This document shows positions 8,481 to 22,775 of a DNA stretch of 64,000 bases, in pieces. The DNA is from the human T2T-CHM13v2.0 reference genome, Homo sapiens: the NCBI RefSeq assembly GCF_009914755.1, contig NC_060931.1, one strand, 5' to 3'. Both the position numbers and the translations under genes were made by a program. Under the pieces are notes generated by a model. The model saw nothing but the letters and a program-made list of their open reading frames with translations. It was not told the origin of the DNA and did not search any database. Within the stretch, counting starts at the first letter, position 1. Each line of letters starts with the position of its first letter.

Positions 8481-11058
8481 TAGAAACCCGCACACATTCC
8501 GAGCGCTCTCCTCGCTCCCCGCCCCCAGGCCCCTCGCGCAGCTCCTCCTCCACCCCGGCCCCTCCGCCCCCTTCCCCACCGGCCTCCTCCCCGCGCCCGG
8601 GACTGGCGCCTGGGTGGCAGGGGTTGGCAGCCCGGAGAGGGCACGGGGTCGCACAAAAAGGGTGCGAGGGTGCGTGAAGAGGGTGGAGGGGCGGGGACCA
8701 CGCGGGTCGTGGGTGCGGGGGCGGTGGGGGAGTCCCGGGAGCTGAGGGTTCTGCGGCCCCGCCGAAGGTAGTGCTGCGCGTGCCCCGCAGCACGCGAGCG
8801 GACGGTGCAAGGGGATGCGGAGGTCGAGGCAGGCAGGCCGGCCAGGGGGCGACTGAAGGTGCAGCCGGCCCCGGGGCGCCCCAGCCACGCACGCGCTGCG
8901 GCGCCGGGCTCCCCGCGCCCCCAGCTCTTCTTGCCTAACTTGAAGCAACACCAGAGACACCCCGAGGACCTGGGGTGCGAATGGGGCGTGGGAGAGCCAC
9001 CAGGAGGGCGCGGGGTGGTCGGACGACGCTGGTGAGGAGGCCGCCCTCCCTCCACAGCCCAGCTCCCTCCGAAACCGCCCCTTCCCTTCGCCTCTCTCCG
9101 GAGGAGAGCAGGAAAGGTCGCGGGGCGGCAGAGGACGCCCAGAGGCCCAGGCGCCCCTCGCGGGCGCTGCGCCCCGCAGAGAGCCCGGCTGTGACCGTGA
9201 CTCCATTCTCATTATCATGAACGCAGGCGGAGGCTCGGCTCTCCGGCTGCCCGCAACTTTTCCAAAGCCTGCGCCTCACTGTGCCCGCCGAGAGCGAGGG
9301 AGGGCGACATGGCTCCACTCGCCGCGCGCTCTTGGGCTTGCCTCCTGCCCAGCCGCAGGAAGGCGCGCTCCAGCGCCCCTGTGTGGACACCCGCACCAGC
9401 GGGCTCCGCTCCTCCACTCCAGGCCCGGCCTGGCTTCTCTTCCCCTCCCGGCCCTCCCGCGTCCTCCCCGGCTCCCTCCTGCACTCTTCTCCGTCCTTCT
9501 GGAGTTGCTGGGCACGTGTCTCTCTCGTCTCGTCCCCACGTCCTCCTTGCGCGCCCCTTCCAGCCCTTCCCGGCCGGGAAGGACCTATCACATCCAGAGA
9601 GCGAACGTGGGCCGGGAAACCCCAACTCCAGAGGGGGGAACCTGTGAGACCCGCCCCTGCCCATTCCGCCGCCTCCTTCCACATGGAGGTAGGTCGTTGG
9701 CTTCATCTCCCAGGACTGCTAAGGCTCCCTGCTCCTTCCGGGTTTCCATGCCTGTTTCCACTTAGGGTTTCAAAATAACAGGCTCGGCCGCCACGCACAA
9801 GGCTGACTGCAGGCTCGCCCCCAGCCTTGGCATTGCCCCAAGCCCAGAGAGAGGCCTGCCTGGGCCTGAAACTGCATGCTCCCTCTGTTTCCCTAACTGC
9901 GGGGGAGAATACTGGATGCCGGTGAACAAGTCTCCTGGGAAGAGACCTCCCTTCAGTCCCTTCCACCTGCCTCCCTTCCCCAAGCTTTCAATCCAGTGTG
10001 TAGTTTTTGGTTTAACCAAAATTTGTACCACGCTCATCTTCTGTTTACTCCACAGTAGTTACCCTTTACTATGAAGAAACATGAGTTTAAAAACACTTTA
10101 AAAAAATAGCAAATACAAAACCAAGTAAAACCAGGATTGCAACAGCTAAGCAAAACTTGCTGCATGGGAGAGGCCAGGCAGGTGGGTCTGGGGTGGGGAG
10201 AGCTTCAGCTGCTCCATTTGACTTTGAAGACAGAGGCAACAGAGCCATAAAACTAAACTTTAAAAGTCACCACAATCAGATAGATAGAAAACCTTGCTCT
10301 CAACCCCCTCCTCTGCCCCAGCTGTGCTTTTGATGGGAGGAAGCTGCCTCTCCTAACATGGACATGAAAGAAAGCTCATGCTATTCACCGCAGCATCGCG
10401 ATCCTGACATTTCACTAAATATAGATGCAGTTAGGGTCCCACTTATGTAATATACATATGCTATCTATGAAATATGCATGCATATTTTTACACAAACTAA
10501 ATGTCATACTAATATAGTTTATACAAAATACAATACTTATGCAGAATAGTTTATGTATCATACATGATACTTCATAGATGTGTGCATATTAATCATAGAA
10601 TACTATTGGGATAAAGCATATGTGCCACTTTTAAAAATTATATTCTCAAAGCATTGTAGGTAACTATAATCTAACCAAAGTTTAAAATCTCAAATTATCT
10701 AAGAAAATATGATAAGCGATTTCTGCTTAAAATTATAAAATGAAATCACCATAAAACTCATAAGCAACAGGGGAAAGAGTTGAAATAAAAATTTGTGCTG
10801 GGAAGCAAATCTCACAATTAAGCAGAAGAAACGGAGGGCAGGGGAGGAGGGCAGGAAAGAGCGAGCGTCTGAAAGATGCAGGTGTGAAAGGAGCCGGAAT
10901 GCTGGGGAGGACTGGAAACAGCATGGATGAACACGAGGATGTTCCTCAAGGATGATCCAGATGGAGCGCCCTTTACCCAAATTGAAAAGCGCTTGGCTAT
11001 ACTCTTGCAACTTGCACACTGAACGCGGTGCTTCTAGGGACATTTTAAAGAATGTTCT

Positions 11059-11393
<335 letters not shown>

Positions 11394-11614
11394 TTATGCA
11401 CCCACACATCCAAATTTGTGTTAAGCACGGATACACACATTGCAGTCGAGGGTGTGAGGACACTGTGGTCCCACATATAAAAGAATAAAGTGGTTAGTAT
11501 GTTAGAATAAGTGAAGTGATACAATTTTAAAGACTGGCAAGCTATGGCATGTTATGTTTATGATGTATAATTAATTCAATTCTTGTCTCTAATCACCTTT
11601 CACCTCCCCTTATC

Positions 11615-11638
11615 CACACACACACACACACACACACA
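11615..11638 (+). repeat. (CA)n microsatellite
   Basis: Direct observation. Confidence 0.9.
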
Positions 11639-14529
11639 AACAAGGAAAAAGATACCCCGAAGAGGAGCAAAAGTACCCAATGGGCATTTCAAAATAGGTG
11701 TAGTGGTTCGGAAGGAAACATGTCAATATTTCCCTCTACTCAATTTCTCCTTGAACGTCTGAAATACACTGTGGCGATGAAGCAGATTTTTATTCCTACT
11801 TATTGGGTAAGTGTGAGAAAATATTTTTGAAAATATTTTGCAAATTATTTAATGTCGAGTTTAATTCTTCCATGCTGCTCCAAACCAAATGCCCCCAACC
11901 CATTTTTCTATCTAGTTTCATATGATTAGTGCTCCCCTATTTATTACAAAGGTGTGGGTGTGTGTTTATTTTCCCTAGAACAAATTTACAAAACAAATAT
12001 AAGTCATTGGGATTAGGCAGATGCTGCAAAATATGTTGGATAGTCATTTTTAAAATGACAATGAAGGCAAATTTTTGGTCTACCTGCAAGCTAAGCATTG
12101 TAGGAATAACAAAAGTACATCCATTGAGTTCAGCAGCCTAAGCATGATTTTTATTAGCTAAAAGGTTTTCTTATTTCTGAGAGAATTATATCCTGTAGTT
12201 GACTTCCCTTTTCTCTGGGTGCTGAGGGAGAAGGACAGAACCATATTTAAGACTGTTTTTTCTTTTCCAAATACTAATATTTGAAGAAATGAAATGGCTA
12301 AGTTAGCATACTCTGAAGGAAGGTCTTCCCTAAAACAGTGGGCATCACTGTCTTTTACATATTATCAGCTTGAACTCATAAACGGGGAGAAATTTTAAAA
12401 AATCTGGGTAGCTTGAGAAAACACAATGCTAAATGCATAAATAGAAGGCATATTCTCCACTCTGAAAATCTGTTTCTCACTCTCTATCTCTCAAAGCATG
12501 TTTGGTTTCTTGTTTCCGTTTTTGTTTTTTGCAAGAGAACTCTCCACTAGGGGCTGGGTAGTAAGACCTTTTACACACCTTCAAACAGGAAATATCCAGC
12601 ACACACACACATACACACACACACAATAATTGCTATTTCAGGCTTTTGAAAAACAGAGTTAAAGTATGAATTGGGTCAATTTGGGCTTTTCAACTTAATA
12701 CTTAAAAATTATGTTTTATGTAAAATCATTTGTTGTAACCCAATAAATAGCCTTTCTCTAACATCAGTAAAGTTAAGCTTCAATCTCCCAATAGCACATG
12801 TCTCTGCATTTTAGCCCTGCCATTGTGTCACTGCTTGGATCTTACACAGTTCAAAACATACGTACAACTAACTACACTAGTGTCATGTACACAAACACAG
12901 TGGTTGATTAACACGAGTGTTAAGGTTTATCGCCAGGTGAGCTGCACAAGCTTTTGATCCTACGCAAATGGCTGGTGCCAACCTCATCCCATGTTTTCTC
13001 TGTGGCCCCTCGGAGGGCTGCTCACAACCTTACCACCTTCCTCTAGGATTCTCCCCTAGTTCTTCATCTTGCCTTTCTACATTGAACCATAATCGACTCT
13101 TCTCCTCCCACTTTCTAACTACCTTTCTTCACTTCTGTTGTCTTGCCTTCATGCATGTCCCTTCTCTGGATCAATATCTGTAGGCTATACGTAGAATATA
13201 TATTATTTTCTCTAAAACTTCCTTGCTGCCCTCTGAATATTTATCAAATCTTGCCTTGTGCTACCAACATTGCCTCAGAAATTATCCAAATAATCACCCC
13301 TCACCCTGGAGGAGGCACGAACTCCTGTCATTTCCTATTTTCTGGTGACACAATGATCGTTTCCACAGTGCTTCCCAAGGCTCTTAGGTTTTTGGAGCAT
13401 GGGGTATAGAAGACTGTCTTCTCTTTCTGTTTGTCCCTGGTGATCATTTGACCATAACCATGTTGTTCTCCAAAACGTCTTAGTTCATAGATCAAACTGT
13501 ATTAGATTAAACGAGATATGACTTCTGCTCCAAAGTGCCCCTAGAGCGCCTTGCCCTTTTCAAACCACACACTTCTTAGGGTCAGGTGAATTAAGTTAAA
13601 TATGATTCCCTTCAATGTTAAAGTGATAGGAATGAGTCTCTGCACTTCAGTGCTTTAATTTTGTAACCAGGAGAGGTGATGGCTGCATTCAGAAAAGAAG
13701 AGAAAGCTTGTGTCTGTTCTCTCTGCTGACCACTGGCATGCCTTGTGAAGGACCAAGTCCTGCTTGCGGTATGGTCAGCCTTAGAACTGTCTGTGAGCCG
13801 CAGGGAACAAGGGCTTACACTGTCTTCTGGGGACATTGGCATCAGCCCAGAGGCATTCTCAGGCTTTGACTTCAAAGCAACAGCGAAACCAAAATGGATA
13901 AAGATAGGGTCAGTCAAATGCAACGTCTTTTCCTGACAGCAAAACAAACAGAGCCAGTGTCAACTCATCAAATCCTGCCACGTAAATTGGTACTCTCCTG
14001 CAGGCTAATAGAAACAGTTACAGAAAGTGGAAAACTTGACTTCACTAAAAATTACTGCAGTTACAAATAAAGGAAGGGGGTATAGTGTATTTCTAAAATG
14101 TGCATCTGGACTAAGATTTAGGGAGGGTTGAGCATGAGCACAACTTAATTCACCCCCGAAAGAGAAGGCTTGTCAGCCAGAAATAACAAAATAAGAAAAG
14201 CCCAGCAAGTTGGCCCCCAGGTCCAAGTACTGCAGATTCCAGTGTATCTTTCCATCTCTTCTTCCAACAACACAATGACTGTGAAACATAAGGAGGGAAG
14301 AGGAAATAGTCTTCCTTTATGTGACAAACCCCCTTTTCAGATGTTCAGTGGGACAGTCTGAGTAGCAGCGTCTTCTTTCAAGAGCATAATATAGCGGAGC
14401 ATGTGATTGCATTTCCAACCTATAAATATCCAGCTCCTGAACACTCATCTTTGAGTTCTAAATGGAATAAGCCATTATTTCCATATTCAAAACTGTAACA
14501 GACTGGAATGTTGTTCAGCAAATACTACT

Positions 14530-14950
14530 CTCCACCCCAGGCCCCCTGCAGGGAAGCATCTTAACCTGTCCCCTGACACCTACTGCCACCCTGACTTTGA
14601 GACTGGTCATGTGACTTACTTGGACTAATGGGATGTGCGTGGACATGATGCAGGCAGAGGCTTTGCAGCTGCTTGCATACCCTGGCTGGCTTCTGCACTC
14701 TGATGATCCACCATACAAAAACATGTCCCTATTGACAGCCGATGCTTTAGCCTGGCCCCAGAACAAACACACTTGGAGAAGACCTCAATACAACCCACAG
14801 CCTGGGGCTAAGCCAGATAATTGGGGAGCACAAAGCAGTCTCTTAGCCGAGCCCAGTGTAGACCAGCTGAATCACAGTTAACCAGCAGAAATGTGGGTCT
14901 TGGAATAAATACTTGTTGGGTAAGTCACTGAGGATAATTGGTTAAACAGC
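14530..14950 (+). mobile_element. MLT1-type (ERVL-MaLR) LTR relic
   Basis: Motifs gtgacttacttggactaatgggatgtg, ccagtgtagaccagctgaa, aataaatacttgttg..taagtcactgag. Confidence 0.6.
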
Positions 14951-15364
14951 ATGCTTGTGTCATTAAAGCCAAATCAATGCATGAAAAAATGGCATGGTCA
15001 AGTCCATGCTTCTTGTAGGCATTTCACTTATTCAGTTAACACCTGAGCACTGACTATGTGCCATTCATTGTGCTATGTTCTAAGGATGAAATGATGAACT
15101 ACAGTGAACTTGCTTTCATGCAGATGATCATCAGTACTCCTCAAAGTGAAGCAAGACTGATACTACACATTATCCGACTGATAATGCTTTTCTTTTGTGA
15201 ATAGATGCCGTTTTCTCAATTTCTTGCTCCTTTTGGTACATTTGGAGCACTGCTAGTCTTACTACAAAAGGACTGTTAGAAACCACTAGCTTGCAAATGT
15301 GTTCACAATAAAGCTGTGATTTATTTATTATAGCAGCACCAAGTAGCATTTTTAATCTACTCAT

Positions 15365-15553
15365 ACAGTGGCTTTCAAAGAGTTGTTTCTGGATCAACAG
15401 TGAAAGCATCATTCAGGGACTTGTTGGAAATGCAGATTCGTGGGCCCTGTCTCAGACCAACTGAAACAGAAACTCAGGGCTGGGGCCAGGCAAGCTGCAT
15501 TTAACAAGCTCTCCAGATGATTCTGATGCATGCACAAGTCTGAGAACCACTGC
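15365..15553. mobile_element. MER5A (hAT-Charlie) DNA transposon relic
   Basis: cagtggctttcaaa...gaaatgcagattc..ggccc..cagaccaactgaa.cagaaactc...ttaacaagctctccagatgattctgatgca...tgagaaccactg. Confidence 0.8.
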
Positions 15554-17518
15554 ACTAGAGCAATGTACTAGAGCAATTTTCTTCATGGCACCAAGGTGAC
15601 CTGGAAGATTTCTCAAATGTTTGCTCAGGTTTCAGATAACAGCTTATACATTTAAAGGATTGGACAAGGATTCTCCTAAGGGTAAGGATTTTTCAAGAAT
15701 AAAAAAAAGAAACCATTTAAATGAGGGAGGGAGTGTTTTTTTTTTTTTTTATCTTTGCTAAGACTTTATTCAGAATCAAAAAAGAATGCAGTCCATTTAG
15801 TCTTTGCAGGACATTTTCAGAAGCTGTTTCGCCCTTGAACTGATGTTTAAGTTTCATGTCAGGAAGAAGGTAGAAATCAAAAGGGAATTGTCAAAGCAAA
15901 GGCAAAGATATGGTCAAACTATCATACCACAACTGTTGTGGCTTATCTGAGATACTCTGATTTTGTACCTTAGCAGAGAGCCTTTCCCATCTTGCCAGAA
16001 CATATGCAGTTTGGCAGAAGAACTCTGCAGAACTGCAAAGAAAAAAAAGCCTTATTTTCAAACACTGATTTCATAAAAAAATCTTCCGTGCCTCTAGTTT
16101 GGACTCATTGCTTTTTTAATGCAATAAAAAAATCCTGTCCTTAATTAAAAATCAATAAAGTTAATAAACATTTAAAGTTGAAACCTGACTTTTATGAACT
16201 TAATTCTCCTGAATCCACTCCTTTCAAGCATGTTAAAGGGTTCATTATAAAATCCATTTAATTTTATTTTTCACCATCACTTAAGATTCCCTCTAAATTT
16301 CCATGTACAAATGGAAATATCTACAAATTTAAAAAATGGGTTGATGCTACTTTAGGTAGATCGGTAGCTTTTCTTGAATTTTAACATATTCTCTGAACCA
16401 CAGGTGCATGTTTAATATTTATAAGCAAATATCAGTATACACACAATAGATCTTAAATATGGAGAATGAAACCTAACCTGGAAAAAGAAATACCCCACAC
16501 AGGAGGTATCAGTGCAAAACCCTGATTCATGCATATATGTGGGTTCTCATTAATGAAAACAAATTGCATTAGGAGCAATAAAACTGAAATGAAACCATGT
16601 ATCTGCTTCTTGTGGGTAATTTAATTCACTGTGGACTGTAACTTTATCAGCACCACTATGCCCATTTCCGAACAATTTCCTTCTCATAAAGGGGAAAAAT
16701 AGGTTTGTCTATACTACTAATTGCATTTCAAATCATAATAATTTGGTAATCAAAAAAGTAATTCTCTCAACAATTACTTATATTTTGCTTGAGAGGTACC
16801 ACCGAAATTGCCCATTGGCTAAATAAATCCACGAGTCACATGAGCCTGCAATTTGATCAGCCTTTTCCCTCACTCACAGCAGCAACAACAGTGACTCTCA
16901 GCTGCAGCGGGATGAGGTGGGTCCTGTTTGTGCCCCGAATTTGTGCTCTGAGTCCCTGATGGGATTCCATTAACTCAGTCCTCTGCAGCGCACCCATAAT
17001 CATCACCATTGTGCTCCTGTATAACCCAGCAATACCCAAATTACATCATTGATGCAGACCCATTTCAGTCTTTGTGGGAAAAGTTGGATAAATTAATGCT
17101 TTCAAAGGACTTTGAAGGCTTTCTTAGCCATCTTGGGGTAAAAGAAGAAGCAGTGTAAGGCGATATTTACATCTGCCTTTCAGGATTCCTTTTTAAATTT
17201 CTCTCTCTCAGGGCTCTGATATCATCCACAACTTCAAGTCCAACTCAAAATGAGATGTAAATGGTTGATTGTGGTCTCAATGAATGCTGAGTTTCCCAAT
17301 TGAGATATTCAAATCCCTAGGATAACTATCTTCCTTGAGTAGGCAATTTTATCAAATAACATAGAATTATCCAATCCAAATATACCAGGAGATGGAATAC
17401 CGAACTCATGAGTATTCCAAGATAAAACACAAGACTTCCAATAAGATACCTGGTTATAATACTGATCCTCGGGTGGTATACTTATCTGAGCATTTAATGA
17501 AAATCTTGGAATAGGTCC

Positions 17519-17865
<347 letters not shown>

Positions 17866-18689
17866 TAAGTCCACCAATCAAAAAACTTCAAGCCTAGAAC
17901 TTCATAGGTAGCTCCTGATTTCCTGGGAAGGCAGCCTGCTTGGATTTGTCCATATGACTAAAAACAGTCTTCATGATGTTTTTAAATGATGGCATTGCCA
18001 AGGCATAGAGCATCTCAATGGGTAAACTACACCCAACTCTTGGTTTCTACCCTGATTAAAGTGGAATGTTGGCAATTTCTTGAATCAATTTTCACAGCTA
18101 TAGGAAGAGAATAAAAGCAAGTGATCCACAGACTCTTCTATCTCCCATTGAAGTCGTTGGTCTTTGAGGAAAAATAATCACTAAATGTAATGCAATTCTA
18201 GTTTGCCTTAAACTCTTCACTGAGAAGGGGGCTGGAGAGCTCCACAAGTTGACTAGCCCATACCTTGTCCCAGATTCGGTGACTTTTAGCTCAGGGATAA
18301 TGTCACCTTATCATTTCCCTTCATTGTATTGGTCATATCTAACTTCTCTTGGCATGACGGAAGAGTTCTACAGTGCTATCTTCTATTGCTCCTCCACTTA
18401 GAAATAATCCTACGTTTGTACTGCACCGAACACTGAGAAAAGCTTGACATTTTTCATCCAATTAGTGCTTTGGATAAGACCGGAAGGTTTTTGTTGTTGT
18501 TTTCCAAGAGGAAACTATATAAATTTTCCTGTGAGCATGGTTCATGTATTCTTCCGTCTTATTGGAACACCTGCTTGTATGGCCAACCTTTCATTGGTTG
18601 CCCCCGTGCTGCACCCATATCCCTTCTCACTTATTTACCTGCCAATATAGAATATCCACAAGTTAAGGGTGTCCACTTGATGAAGCAGA

Positions 18690-19345
18690 AATAAAAAGTT
18701 TTCTGGGAGGCTGTGGCAAAGATTATTTTTCTCTCTGGTAAGAGAGAGTGGTCAGAGGAGGGACCCCTCCCCTGGCCTGCCAACATCACTTCCTCCTGTT
18801 TTCTGTCTTTGAACATAGTTGTGTGAGGATTTGATGCTCAAAGTTGCTGTAGCCTTTTTGAAACTATGAGAAGAGGCCAGGCGCCGTGGCTCACGCCTGT
18901 AATCTCAGCACTTTGGGAGGCCAAGGTGGGTGGATCACGAGGTCAGGAAATCGAGACCATCCTGGCCAACATGGTGAAACCTCGGCTCTACTAAAAATAC
19001 AAAAATTAGCTGGACCTGGTGGCGTATGACTGTAATCCTAGCTACTCGCGAGGCTGAGGCAGGAGAATCACTTGAACCAGGGAGTCAGAGGTTGCAGTGA
19101 GCCAGGATTACACCACTCACTGCACTCCAGCCTGGCCACAGAGACAGACTCTGCCTCAAAAAAACAAACAAAAAAACAAACAAACATGAGAAGAAGGGGC
19201 CAGTGTTTGCAAGGATGCACACCTTGAGCCCTGAGAGCATGCAGGTACTGAACTAAAACCAGAATCCTCTTCCCACCCAGATAAAATCCCCCGGGCTTAG
19301 GCCCTTTCAGCCAGGAATTGTTTCACAGCCAAAAGCGTTCCTGTA
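18690..19345 (+). mobile_element. Old ERVL/MaLR-type LTR relic interrupted by an Alu
   Basis: tgtgtgaggatttgatgct..agttgctgtagcc..tttgaaactatgag and terminal cacagccaaaagcgttcct motifs. Confidence 0.45.
18875..19184 (+). mobile_element. AluS (AluSc-like)
   Basis: Full dimer; TSD atgagaaga. Confidence 0.95.
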
Positions 19346-20916
19346 GGACATACTGCACACCTGGTTCTTCCACTGCCTGGCTCTTGCACCAGGATAGGTC
19401 GCTAAGCATCAGACGCTCATCTATGGCATAAGCATGCTAAGAGAGGCCAATCCTATCAGCTTTATTTAAGCACAGAGCTCCCGAGAGGGCCAATCAGTTG
19501 TTACAGAGGGGAAACCTCAAAACTTCTTTGATGTACCTAACCTTTAAAACACACATGGCCGCCTGTAGCTCACAATCTAAAAAGAAAATCATCAAGCCTT
19601 CCCACCTGATTATTTGTTATTGTCCATAACTCTGAGGAAAAATACCACTGTATTTGGGCTTTTTATTGATTTTTGCACATTTCTTCAACTAGAAAATCTG
19701 GAGGCAAATGTGTGTCAATGCTCGAAGGCCTCTTAAATATGTGAAGAGAAGAGAACATGTTTTGTGAGATGTTTTCTATCCAGGATTGGTAAAGCCACAG
19801 AGGAGGAGTATGAGTCTGAAAGAGGAGGGTAGAGGAAGGACAGAGGAGGAGGGAGAGGGGAAAAGAGAAATAATGCTTTAGCAAATTTATTTTAAAATAA
19901 CACTCTTATGTTTATCTGCACTTTATATTTAGGTTGTGTTGAAATGCAAAACCCTGTTGCCCTAAAGAGACTCCCAAGAGGCTGACTTTGAGCTGGCATC
20001 ATAAGAGCCAGTTTGGAACCCACTCCACCAAGGCTGCTATGAGTTGAAGATGACAGGCTTGAAATCCTCTTCCCGGGGCAGGAGGGAAGAGCTGCACAGG
20101 CCATGTAGCACGCAGGCTAAGTGTGCATTCAGAACACTAGTAATCAGAATAGGAATCACAGTTAAAGGAAAAATGTTCCAGCCCCTAAGAACATATATAG
20201 AATTTTGTACCCAGAATATGTGGGAAAAAATACTTTCGGCACACATGATATTGCTTTTATTAGTTAACAAAATAAATTATCCTTCTGGAATTGCATATGG
20301 GAGAGGCAACATGATTTGATGAGTGTTTAGGGACTTTGAGTCTTAATCCAGCCCATAGAATTGTTGTTTGAATGTGAGTCTCGCTCCATATTTACCAGCC
20401 TTGTTTATATAAGGCAGGGGTCAGCCACTAACAGATTCTACATGCAGAGTCTATGTTGCAGGTCATCTTACACAGAACTGGTGTTGAGAACAGAAAGCAA
20501 GAGAAACAGCCTCATGAAGCGTGCTGCCTTATCTTGCAACATATTTTGATGATTTAGACCTCGTGTGTTTTTCCTTATTTTGATCCAGGTGAATAAATCA
20601 GCATTAAAAAGTGACAAAAAAACACTTCTTACAGCTTCATGGATTTCTCTTTTATTCTCCTTTCTTCTTACTGCTTCTCTTTCCCACCTATGCCACACCA
20701 ACAGCATCCTCCGTGATAGCACCCCTATCTTTGCAAAACAACTGGTAGATCCTCTCCACTTACAGTTTTTGATTTGTATAACCCTCGGATGAATTCAGCC
20801 AACTGCAAAAATAAAAGCAGCCGAACAAACAACAGCAAAGCCAAAGCAAAACAAAACAAAAAGAACCTTATAAAAGCGCTGCTGTTGAGCACACTGAGAA
20901 CAACTTGGAGCTTGAC

Positions 20917-20990
20917 CTCGCCACTTGGGGGCGCCCTGGGAGCTCAGAAATGCAAGCTCCGTCCAGCCCCGGGAGCCCGGGCTGACTCAG
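20917..20990 (+). promoter_or_regulatory. Candidate CTCF site plus AP-1 site in a small CpG pocket
   Basis: CCACTTGGGGGCGC (20921-20934) is one mismatch from CCASYAGRKGGCRS; TGACTCA at 20983-20989. Confidence 0.55.
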
Positions 20991-22654
20991 GGCAGCCCCT
21001 TCCTTCTGACTACACGGTTTCTGTATTCAACTAACCACACGGGAAATGAGACTGCCTTTTAGAAGACTTTTGTTTCCTATGAAAAGGAAGACTGCTGCGC
21101 TATAAATGTTTTAAATGCTCTCCGAAATATTAAAATCAAGTCAGTAAATGAACCATAACTCTGTCTTCTCATTTATTGAAGAGTCAGATATTCCAGGAGG
21201 AAGGGGAGGGCAGAAAATGAAACTAATTTCCGTTTATCATGGAGGATGGACAGATCAGATAGATGAGTTTGTGTGCAAATAATTCAGTGATTCAGAAGGG
21301 ATTCTGGATCACTTTTCACTGGGCCATTGGTGGGTGGGACACAACACTGGCTGAGAGATAGTGATGACACTGAGTTAAAAAACAAGCATTACTGGGCCCA
21401 GATTGCCTTATTCCACCTATCATGGAATAAAAAAGAAATCCAGAAAAAAGAAAGAGGCTATGCTGTGATGGCTGACAGACTCTGAGGAAATTGCAAATAC
21501 ACTGAGGACCTTGGAGAGCAGCCTCAGATGATCACTTCTGCACCTGTCTTCTTGGAGAACAGGAATTTTCTGATCTTTGAAAAACTACAGATTCATCGTC
21601 CAAGAAAACCCAGCTAATTTGTTTTCAATCAGAGTTTCAAAAAGGCATATTTTCCTGTAAACTGGCAATGTACCTGGGAAGCTAGGACATCAAGAGATCC
21701 ACCGGGCACCTCCAGATGAACTCTGAATTTATTCGTAAACTCTCATCCCATGAAGGGTTTTACTGAAGAATAATAAAAGATTCTACTTTGGGGTAGCTTT
21801 ATAACCATACGTTTCACATGCATTGTCTTATAAGGGAAAAGTCCTGGGGTAAAAGTAGGAGAGAGTTTGGGTTCAAACCCAGGTCTGAGTGCTGCATCTT
21901 GCAGGAAAATTCCCAGTAATCTTTGTCCACTGACTTCTGTCATTTCATTGACTCATTCACTGGAAACACATTCCAGGATGTTGTGAAATTAAATTTCCAG
22001 ATGGCACAACCATAGGCTTACTTTAAAGCCCAGCTCACACACCACCTCCTGGCTTTTGAGGTCTTCCATGATTCTTTAAGGAGTTACTACTAGCCTTGCC
22101 AAGTCCTCATAACATCTGCATGTGCCTGCCTTATAAAACACACCACTCTTTACCTTGTGCTATTCATCCATCTATTCATATGACACACATCAATGAACAT
22201 CTGCCATGACTGGCCAAGTCCTATTTTCCCCATTATATGTTCCCTAAGAAGATCTATGTCTGATTACGGTTCATGCAAAAACTGTCATCTACAGCGTAGG
22301 AGTTCATTCGAATAAAGTTCACTTAAGACACACTTATCTACAAACAGTCTTCAGAGAGGTGATCGGATGGAAGATATTAACATGATTCTGGAGTCTGCTA
22401 GGAGCTGCTCTGACTGGTGGCTACTGAGATACCAGTGACGGGAAGGTGCTACATCGTTAACAACAGTGCCTTTCAAAAATGATGAACTATAATCTACTGG
22501 TAGGTCATATTTAAAATCTGTTATAAAATCAGCACGTGATTTTTTTTTAAAATTGAAAAATCTGCCATGCTGTGTTTTTCAACTGCATGTGGGGTGGGCT
22601 CCTTCCAGACAGACAGGCTGTACTGCTGGATACCTCCCTGTATCTCCCCAGTAG

Positions 22655-22775
22655 AGGACAGACTCCTTGAGAGGAGGGACTACTTCCATCTCCTTTGCTG
22701 TTCATAACCAGTGTTTGTCACGGTGCCTGGAACACTCGAGATGGGCAACAAGTATTTGTCAAATGAATGAATGAG
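22655..22775 (+). mobile_element. L2 3' end relic
   Basis: ctccttgagaggagggac...cacggtgcctggaacac...aagtatttgtcaaatgaatgaatga. Confidence 0.6.

Larger units (their letters stand above)
7490..9800. promoter_or_regulatory. CpG island / promoter of the DPP6-type first exon
   Basis: Very high GC and CpG density against an AT-rich background; GC boxes (e.g. ggggcgggg ~8687-8696); encloses exon 1. Confidence 0.9.

Noticed and set aside
7156-9778. Long overlapping ORFs (up to 271 aa) on both strands of the CpG island
   Set aside because: Expected from GC richness, low complexity, no recognisable homology; only 7846-8088 matches a known protein
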